Assembly: GCA_964016885.1 (NCBI GenBank)
Contig: OZ024741.1
Coordinates: 314,216,001 to 314,280,000 of the forward strand
DNA: 64,000 nucleotides
Source: Eledone cirrhosa
Taxonomy: Eukaryota
Reading direction: 5' to 3'
Shown here piece after piece: positions 1 to 8,400 of the stretch. The notes below the pieces were generated by a model, which saw only the letters and a list, made by a program, of their open reading frames with translations, did no database searches and was not told the origin of the DNA. Position 1 is the first letter of the stretch, and each line of letters starts with the position of its first letter. The position numbers were made by a program, and so were the translations under genes.

Positions 1-893
1 GTGCGAGCAATAACTAAAGAAAGTTATTGGGACACTTAAAATAGGGTGAAGTGAGCGAGACATGTAAACAAACAGAGATGGTAATGCAATGGAAAGAAAG
101 GAAGAAAAGAAACAAGTCCGTGATATCTATGAACTTAAGATCGGTGAAATCATAGATGAGAGATACAGACCATCCGACCTGGGTGACATATGAGCGAGAA
201 AAGGATTCACACAGGTCAAACGGAAGGAAGTGAGAGAGGGTGAAGCAGAGAGTGAGTGAGTGAAAGTGTGAGGAAGAGGCCAGCTGAGAGACAGTTACTG
301 GCAGAAGGAGTAAAAAGAAGGTGAGAGATACAGAGAAAGGGGATTCAGTAAGAAAGAGACAGGTCACAGCGGAGGAAAAAATATAAATATATGTAAAACG
401 GCGTGCTCCGTTGTTGCAAATGGGGTACATAAGAATAAAATTAGTCCTTCATCAGTGATCTTCCAACCGTAATTGGTATTACTTCGCATTAAAGATCATA
501 TACCTCTCGTTGGTGCGAGCAATAACTAAAGAAAGTTATTGGGACACGTAAAATAGGGTGAAACGAGCGAGACATGTAAACAAACAGAGATGGTAATGCA
601 ACGGAAAGAGAGGAAGAGGAGAAACAAGTTCGTGATATCTATGAATTTAAGTTCGGTGAAATCATAGACGAGAGATACAGACCATCCGACCTGGGTTAGA
701 TGTGAGCGAGAAAAGTATTTCACACAGGTCAAACGGGAGAAAGTGAGAGAGGGGGAGTAGCAGAGAGTGAGTGAGTGAAAGTGTGAGGAAGCGGCCAGCT
801 GAGAGAGAGCAACTGCCAGAGGGGGTAAAAAGAAGGTGAGAGATACAGAGAAAGGGGAAGCAGTAAGAAAGAAACATACAGGTCACAGCGGAG
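1..893. repeat. Diverged direct duplication, ~375-380 bp GA-rich unit (copies 1-~374 and 513-~893; period ~512-519 bp)
   Basis: GTGCGAGCAATAACTAAAGAAAGTTATTGGGACAC starts at 1 and at 513. The copies stay alignable, with substitutions and small indels, to GGTCACAGCGGAG (362-374 and 881-893). The first copy is probably cut by the window edge. Confidence 0.92.
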
Positions 894-1182
894 AAGAGAG
901 CATTGTCTTGATAGCCATCAGAATCATAAACGAAGATCGTTGAGATTTACCCGCCCTTATCTCTGTTGGAAACCGTTAGACGGCTCTTCCTCATCAGTCT
1001 TCATTCATAGCTGAAGACTTTCAATTGTTTATTAATATTATACACCAGACCACCAGTGACCCATTGGGTCACATTCACTTTCAAAATGTTTTTTTTTAAA
1101 GTCTTGTTCGCTTAAAAATAATTGTTAAATGATTAGAATATACACAGACATGTATATAATGTGAAAAGAAACCGGAAAGCCC

Positions 1183-1347
1183 ATATATATATATATATAT
1201 GTGTGTGTGTGCGTGTGTGTATAGATATATATAGATATGTGGGTGTCTGTGATCTATATACACTGGTCATATACATAGGCACACATACACACACACACAT
1301 ATATATATACACACACACACTCACATATATATATACACACACACACT

Positions 1348-1395
<48 letters not shown>

Positions 1396-1500
1396 TGTGT
1401 ACATATATATATATAAATGTACATGTGTACATATATATATATGTACATATGTACATGTGTGAACGCAAGCTATATGTGTGTGGGGGGAGGGGAGTGTGTG
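1183..1500. repeat. Compound microsatellite (TA)n/(TG)n/(CA)n with ATGTAC variants
   Basis: Directly visible alternating purine-pyrimidine tracts, e.g. (AT)n at 1183-1200 and ~1353-1390, (GT)n at 1201-1220 and (AC)n at ~1280-1352. Confidence 0.97.
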
Positions 1501-2127
1501 TAGGTCCACACAGATAAGTGTACGATTAATGGTTGGGAATGTCTCTATATTTGTGTGAGCACATGTGCGTGTGTGTATATGTATCGGGAAGCTGGCAAGC
1601 AAATGATTGGCATACGATATAATAAAAACTACTACACACATGAGTAATTTTGCCGATGATTTTGGGGGTGAGTGACAGCTCACGGCTGAAAGGAGATGGC
1701 TAGTGGGCAGATTACAGTGGTCAAGAATTATGATCACTTCAACAAACTATCGACGAATATGAGGGCCGCGCAAACAGGATGAAGGCAGATGATATAGTTT
1801 CGAAGATTCAGAGGCCTGCAGAAAGAGAATTTGCTTCGAAATCACTAGACGTATCTGAGGAACTGGCGAATCCAGAGTTTATCCCGGGATCAATTGGGGG
1901 TAGCCACAGTAAGAAAGGTAGTCATTACATAACAGAGTATAAATATTTAATATAGAAATAGCTTCTACAGGACTTGAGCTGTTTCCTTCGGGAGAAATCA
2001 TGAGTTCACGTACTGTAGAAGACTTTTGGCTATTAAATAGTTATACTCTGCTATGTATTGACTACCTTACTTACTGTGGTTACCCCCGATTGAACCCGGG
2101 AATAACATGTAAAAGCCCAACATAGGC

Positions 2128-2586
2128 ATGTCACTAAAATTTTGCCTATACCTACAAACAGGGATTATACACTCGGCATGATACAGCGCACCAGTGATTT
2201 TAACCATCGAATACGATGGAAAGCATATCATTACGACAAAGGACACACAATTGATACTGAGAGAAACACTAAAGAGAAATACGGATTTAAATCTTGCAAA
2301 AACTCACCAAGTAACCCCCAGCTTGCTGCTTTTGAACTCGACCTCATGAACATGATAAGTGGAATTAAGTTTCAAAAAACGCACTGGTCACAACAAACTG
2401 CAGAACGACATCAATGCACTTTTGAAAAAACTACGCAATACTGACAGAATTATAGTTAAAGCGGAAAAAACATCGAACGTATACACCATGAGCCTAGATA
2501 ACTACAATAACTTTATACACCGTGAACTATACAAAAAATACCGGAAAACCCTTGAAGCTACACTTGAGGACATCAACAACGAATGA
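2128..2586 (+). pseudogene. PLE ORF N-terminal (pre-RT) region, two frameshifts, stop at 2584-2586
   Basis: ORFs 2142-2444 and 2359-2586 together give the IPIP/RWKA/YGFKS/AFE.DL/(A)DKT.N.Y-like motif series. Frame changes lie near 2140 and near 2380. Confidence 0.75.
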
Positions 2587-2797
2587 CACATAAAACATCC
2601 CAGGAGAATATTTAAAAACTGTAGTCCACAAACCATCACCACAACATCAAGTACAAAACACAACCGCATAACAGCATCACAACTGGCTGTCCGTCGATAT
2701 ATGTCACAACAAAACAAAAAACAGACCAGCATCCCAGTCCATCTCAAACCACAAATCGAACTATAACGAGGAACCAGCACATAGGAAGGCCTCCAAA

Positions 2798-3178
2798 TGT
2801 AACTGCCACCTGCCGGATAAATGCCCACTACAGAATAGATGCCTGGATTCCGGTATAGTATATCTGTGCACTATTAAGTCTGGCAACAAGATGTGGTATT
2901 ACATAGGTTCTACGGCTGGTGACTACTATAAACAATGGTATGTGTACCGGCACTCCGTAAAGGACTTGCGGCCCAGTAACACAACGACGCTGGCCAATAA
3001 AATCTGGAAGCTTAAGGACAATAATCAAGGATATAAAATTAGCTGGTTGAAATTATTGAATGCAAAAGCCTACACAAACGGGTTGTCCCAATGCGGACTA
3101 AGTAATATGGAATTACTCCATATACTACAGTATAATAAGAAGCTACTAAACAGCAAAATCGAGCGGCTAATTCTGTAG
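2798..3178 (+). pseudogene. Cys-rich linker (C-x-C-x5-C-x5-C) plus GIY-YIG endonuclease domain of the PLE
   Basis: Open in the same frame as ORF 2891-3178. It shows GIVY...YYIG (GIY-YIG signature), T.L...IW.LKD and LLN. The Arg expected after YIG appears replaced (YKQW) and CxxC is degenerate (CGLS), so it is likely inactive. Confidence 0.8.
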
Positions 3179-3419
3179 ACACAAAGCCGCTAGTAAATTT
3201 TAGAATTACAAACCGAGATAAGCAAGACTCTATCCAGCAACCTCATTATCCATGTAAACAATACAACTCCCTGAATTTATAGTGTCTGCAAAATTGGCGC
3301 CAACGAACCACTTTAACACCTCCTTACCACAGTTAACGTGCGAGCGCAAGCTTTCTTTATCACTTCAAAAGTTACACCACCAACCAATAGTAAGCAAGAA
3401 TAACCGGCACTTCCGAGAT

Positions 3420-3850
3420 TATTATGTATTTTTTCTTTAAAGACACATCCCTTCCCTCACATACAGCATCAATCACCCTTCATAGCCAACATCACCATCA
3501 ATCTTCACCTCTACCCATTATCTCTTTGTTTAATATTTTTTGTTTTATATTTTTAATTCATCTTATCCCACTTTATTACACTGTCACCTGTATCCTTTCG
3601 TTTCATCTCATCCCATTTTATTACACTGTCCAGTTACTTTGTACCCTCACTTCCCATCTTTACTTTCAACTCTACCGGTATTTTTTTATTGTGACAATCT
3701 CTATTATTTGTTTCCTTTTTTTATCAATTTCCTTATATTATCTTTTCACACCACTTTTTTTCATGTTATTATTATTACTATGTTTTCTTGCCTTTATCCT
3801 AATATCCTCCTCTTCACTATACTTTCCTTCTTATTATTATTGTTATTTTT
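3420..3850. repeat. Pyrimidine/T-rich low-complexity tract with short internal duplication
   Basis: T/C-rich with (TTA)n runs. ATCCCA.TTTATTACACTGTC occurs twice (~3565 and ~3610). Confidence 0.7.
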
Positions 3851-4185
3851 CATGTGTCTATAAACACTAGCGCACTCTCTCATATACACAGAATCAGTAT
3901 ATTGACAATTTGGTCGCGTGCCAATTGTAATTGAAATCGAGTGCCGCGGCATACTGCGATTAGCGGTTTTTAGACACACTGAAACATTTGTTAATACTTT
4001 GAGTAAACCCTATTGTACAACCGATCCGTGTTATTCTTTACTCATTTATTATATTAGATATACTAGAGCCCTTGCCATATCTTTCTTTTTCCGTTTTTTA
4101 AATATTTTCTTATTTTACATTCCATTCTTTCTTCTCAATCTAAATTGTCTTTCTTCTTTTTGTATTAAATTGTATTTACATCTAG

Positions 4186-5215
4186 TACAAGTAATTGATG
4201 ATAACCTCGGTTGATGTAGATTTTGGAGAAAATCGAGTACCCTGCTAACTGAACCGAGAAGCCTTGTATATGCAGAATGGAGTAGCAGTAGGGTGAGGTA
4301 CATTTGTTAAGACGGCGATAATCCCTGCTGGGTCACCAAGCTCTATTTGGGATTTGGCGCTTCGTGTAGAAGTGACGCACAGAGACGGTTTGATCGATGA
4401 ACGATGCCCAAAGCTTCCATATTATCAAATTTGACCTTCACAATAGCAAATTTGTCTGGTGGTAGACGACATACACGGTTGTGTACTGGAGAACTGATGG
4501 TTGGAATGTAGTGCTTTACTCTGTGGTGAGTTGTGGATTGGGAGATGTCATGATAATGAGTTTCATGTAATTTAAAAGGAATTCCGCGAACTCGTTCTTG
4601 GTCTCAGAGACGTTTGATATATGAAAAGTCACACGTGCAGATGTTGCCAGAGAAACAGAGGCATACTTACTGCTATTGACGAGTCGTCTCCCCATGATTA
4701 TCGACCAGTAGTGAGTGAATCCGAAGGAAGTCTGCTCCAATGATAGGCTGATGGGCATCAGCGATGGTGAATGTCCATGTATATTACTGTAAGCCTATGT
4801 GGAGGGAGTGTACGGTGTCTGTAAGCTTTGATTGTAGAATCATTGGTAGCTGCCACTGACTCCCCTCTCTATAACGGAGGTCGTTTGCAGTGGCCGGGAT
4901 GACACTGACTGCTACTTCTGTGTTCAATTAAGAATCTGATTGGAGATCTGATCATAGATATACAGGACAGTTGATCATGTTTGCCGATCACCAGGGTGTT
5001 TATTGGTGGTTGGTCCGAGTTTCTCCCGGAAACGACGATGAAGAGCTATTGAAGTTGCATGGTTACTTGGTATCTTTGCTTCAAATTTCTTGTGAAGGAA
5101 ACACATATCACTTTACGTGACCTCATTATCTTGTGGTGACCTCCTGGTGTTGATTCTCCCTCATTACACCCTTTTCCGCCTCCTTCCAACACTTTCACAC
5201 TTCGTATTCCTCTAT
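4186..5215 (-). mobile_element. Degenerate Ty3/Gypsy LTR-retrotransposon fragment (gag end, aspartic protease, RT N-terminus); no LTR, RNase H or integrase visible
   Basis: Minus-strand translation across frameshifts gives ICFLHKKFEAK (gag C-terminal Cys/His-like region) and LYIYDQ..RFLI..VAVSVIPA...WTFTIADAHQPIIGADFLRIHSLLVD..GRRLV (protease, IIGADFL motif). It continues HRVKHYIPT..PVH.R..RLPPDKF..K..FDNMEALGIV.RS...ASLLH...DYRRLN...Y.I.HIQ.F...LAG..IFSKI.I.RGYHQL (start of Gypsy RT). It has multiple stops and ends before the YxDD motif. Confidence 0.9.
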
Positions 5216-5307
5216 ACCCATCCGTTTTTTATTTGGGGGGATGCGATTTTTATTTGGGAGGATCCGTTTCTTTATTTTTGGGGAATCTGTTTTTTATATG
5301 GGGGCTT

Positions 5308-5412
5308 TATATATAGGAAAGAGTCAGGGCACTTCGAGAGCTAGAACCGAATTCCACTTGGTATCTTACCAGACCTTCGTTCTTATATATATATGTATAT
5401 ATAAATATATAT
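5308..5412. other. Short non-satellite insertion (~68 bp) flanked by (TA)n inside the satellite
   Basis: GGAAAGAGTCAGGGCACTTCGAGAGCTAGAACCGAATTCCACTTGGTATCTTACCAGACCTTCGTTCT (5316-5383) lies between TATATATA and a ~28-bp TA-rich tract. Satellite monomers lie on both sides. Confidence 0.85.
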
Positions 5413-8400
5413 CTTTTATCTGGCGGGATACGTTTTTCATTTGTAGGGCATACGTTTTTTATTTGTGGGGTCCGTTTATTATTGGGGTGGCCCGTTTTTT
5501 ATTCGCAGGGGATCCGTCTTTTATTTGCGGATCCGTTTTTTATTTAGATGATCGATTTTTTATTTGGGGGGTCCGATTTTTATTTGGGAGGATACGTTTT
5601 TGTTTGGGGGATCCATTTTTTTATTTGGGGGATCGGTTTTTATTTTGAGGGGATCCGGTTTTAGTTTGGGGGAATGCGTTTTTCATTCGGAGGGGATCAG
5701 ATTTTTATTTGGAGGGATACGTTTTTAATTGTCGCGTCTGTTTTTTTATTTGGTGGGTCCGTTTTTTCTTTGAGGGTCGGTTTTTTTATTTGGGGGGGTA
5801 TCCGTTTTTTATTTCGAGAGGATCCGTTTTATATTTGGGGGGTTCCGTTTTTCATTTGGAGGGGATCCGTTTTTTATTCGTGGAGTCCGTTTTTTACTCG
5901 GGGGTTCCATTTTTTATTCGAGGGGATCCGTTTTTTATTTGGGGGTCCGTTTTTTATTTGGTTGGGTCCATTTTTTATATGGGGGTTCTGTTTTTTATTT
6001 GGGGGATCTGTTTTTTATTTGGGGGGGCCGTTTATATTTTAGGTGTCCGTTTTTTATTAGAGGGGGATCCGTCTTTTATTTGGAGGGGCTCGGTTTTTTT
6101 ATATGGGTGGGTCCGATTTTATTTGGAGGTCGGTTTTTTTATTTGGGAGGATCCGTTAATTCTTTGAGGGTCCGTTTTTTTATTTTCGCGGGCATCCGTT
6201 TTTTTTTGGAGGGGATCCATTTTTTATTTGGGGGGATCTGTTTTTTATTTGGAGGTGTCCGTTATTTATTTGGGGTTGAGCCATTTTTGATTTGGGGTTC
6301 CGTTTATTTTGTTTGGGGGGGGGTCCGATTTTATTTGGACGGATTCGTTTTTGATTTGGAGGGGATCGGTTTTTTATTTGGAGCATCCGTTTTTTCATTT
6401 GGGGGTCCGTTTTTTATTTGGGCTGGACATGTTTTTTATTTGGGGATCCGTTTTTTATTTGGGGGGGTCCATTTTTCATCGGGGATCGGTTTTTTTATTT
6501 GGGGCGCATTAGTTTTTTTATTTAGGGAGTCCGTTTTATATTCGGGGCATCCGTTTTTTATTTGGGGGGGTTACATTTTTTTATTTTTGGGATCGGATTT
6601 TTATTTTAGGGGTCGGTTTTTTATTCAGGGGCGACCCGCTTTTTATTTGTGGGTCGGTTTTGTTATTTGGAGGGCATCCGTTTTTTATTTGGGGAGTGGG
6701 TCCGTTTTTTATTTGGGGGGGCCTGTTTTTTTTATTTTGGGGGTCCGTATTTTATTCGAGGGGGATTTTTTATTTTTAGGGGCTCCGCTTTTTATATGGG
6801 TGGGTACGTTTTTTATTAGCAGCGGGGCCGATTTTTATTTGGGTGATCTGTTTTATATTCGGGTAATCCGTTTTTAATTTGGGGGGTGGGGTCCGTTTTT
6901 TATTTGGTCGGGACCCGTTTCTTCTTTGGGAGGTCCCAGTTTTCTATAGGGGTCCTTGTTTTTCATTTTTGAGTATGCGTTTTTTTGTGGGGAGAGGCAT
7001 TTTTTATTTACGGATGATCCGTTTTTTTTTATTTTGGGGTCCCTTTATTCTTTGGGGTCCGTTTTTTTTATTTCGAGCGGTTCCGTTTATAATTTGGGGG
7101 GATCCGTTTTTTATTCGGGGAGTCCGGTTTTATTGGGGTGGTCCGTTTTTTATTCGTGGGGGTTCCGTCTTTTATTAGGGATCCGTTTTTTATTCGGGGG
7201 ATGGATTTTTTATTTGGGGGGTCCGTTTTTTATTTGGTGCATTGGGTTTTTATTTTGGGGGGATACGTTTTTGTTTGGGGGGGATCCATTTTTTATTTGG
7301 GTGGATCGGTTTTTATTTTGAGGGGATCCGTTTTTAGTTTGGATGGATATGTTTTTAATTGGCGCGGTCCGTATTTTTTATTTGGGGTGTCCGTTTTTTA
7401 TTTGGGGGTCCGTTATTTTATTAAGGAGGGTATCCGTTTTTTATTTCAAGGGGATCAGTTTTATATTTGGGGGGATCCGTTTTTCATTTGGAGGGGATCA
7501 GTTTTTTATTCGTGGGGTCCGTTTTTTACTCGGGGGTTCCATTTTTTATTCGGCTGGATCCGTTTTTTATTCGAGGGTATCCGTTTTTTATTTGGGGATC
7601 CGTTTTTTATTTTTGGTGTACGTTTTTTATTCGAAGGGGATCCGTGGTTTATTTAGAGGGGCTCGGTTTTTTTTATATGGGTGGGTCCGTTTTTTATTTG
7701 GAGGTCGGTTTTTTATTTGGGAGATCGGTTTATTCTTTGAGGGTCCGTTTTTTTTATTTTCGCGGGCATTCGTTTTTTATTTGGAGGGGATCCGTTTTTT
7801 ATTTTGGGGGATCTGTTTTTTATTTGGGGGTGTCCGTTATTTATTTGGGGTGGAGCCGTTTTTTATTTGGGGGTCCGTTTTTTTATCTTGAGGAATCTGT
7901 ATTTTATTTGGGGGACACCCGTTTTTATTTTGGGGTCGTTTTTTTTATTTGGGAGGTCCGTTTTTTATATGGGGTTACGTCTATTTTATTTGGGGGGATC
8001 CGTTTTTATTTGGGGGGATCCGTTTTTTATTTGGGGGTTCCGTTTTTTATTTGGGCTGGACACGTTTTTTATTTGGGGATCCGTTTTTTTATTTAGGGGG
8101 TCCATTTTTCATCGGGGGATCGGTTTTGTTATTTGGGGCGCATTAGTTTTTTTATTTAGGGAGTACGTTTTATATTCGGGGCATCCGTTTTTTATATGGG
8201 TGGGTACGTTTTTTATTAGCAGCGGGGCCGATTTTTATTTGGGTGATCGGTTTTATAATCGGATAATCCGTTTTTAATTTGGGGTGTCCGTTTTTTCTTT
8301 GGGCGTCCGTTATTTTTTTTTTTTTCGGGTGGGAGGGGTATCCGTTTTTTATTTCGAGGGGATCCGTTTTATATTTGGGGGGATCCGTTTTTCATTTGGA

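Larger units (their letters stand above)
2113..3200 (+). mobile_element. Degenerate, internally deleted Penelope-like retroelement (C-terminal GIY-YIG type, resembling the Hydra clade); RT core absent
   Basis: Frameshifted segments recall the PLE protein N-terminus: SLK/LPIP...RIRWKAY...KYGFKS...AFELDLMNMISGIKF, then NKLQNDI...IIVKAEKTSNVY...YNN...KYRK. The C-terminus from 2798 reads CNCHLPDKCPLQNRCLDSGIVYLCTIKSGNKMWYYIGST...TTLANKIWKLKD...ISW...CGLSNME...LLN. Family and clade are assigned from remembered motifs, not from a search. Confidence 0.82.

Noticed and set aside
14-1737. ORFs 14-430, 526-732, 662-886 and the Y/I/H/C-rich ORFs at 1133-1737
   Set aside because: They are low-complexity translations of the GA-rich duplication and the microsatellite.
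1770-1885. Hammerhead-like fragments upstream of the PLE ORF (GGATGAAGGCAG...CTGCAGAAAG; CTGAGGAACTGG..CCAG)
   Set aside because: Neither has both core halves with supporting stems, and I saw no matching pseudo-LTR copy downstream of the ORF.
2891-3178. Stand-alone functional homing endonuclease gene
   Set aside because: It is embedded in frameshifted PLE sequence, the annotated start omits the GIY half, and key residues look degenerate.
3424-4214. Hydrophobic ORFs resembling membrane proteins (3424-3870, 3540-3863, 3918-4214)
   Set aside because: The F/L/I/Y composition follows from T-rich low-complexity DNA and the frames overlap.
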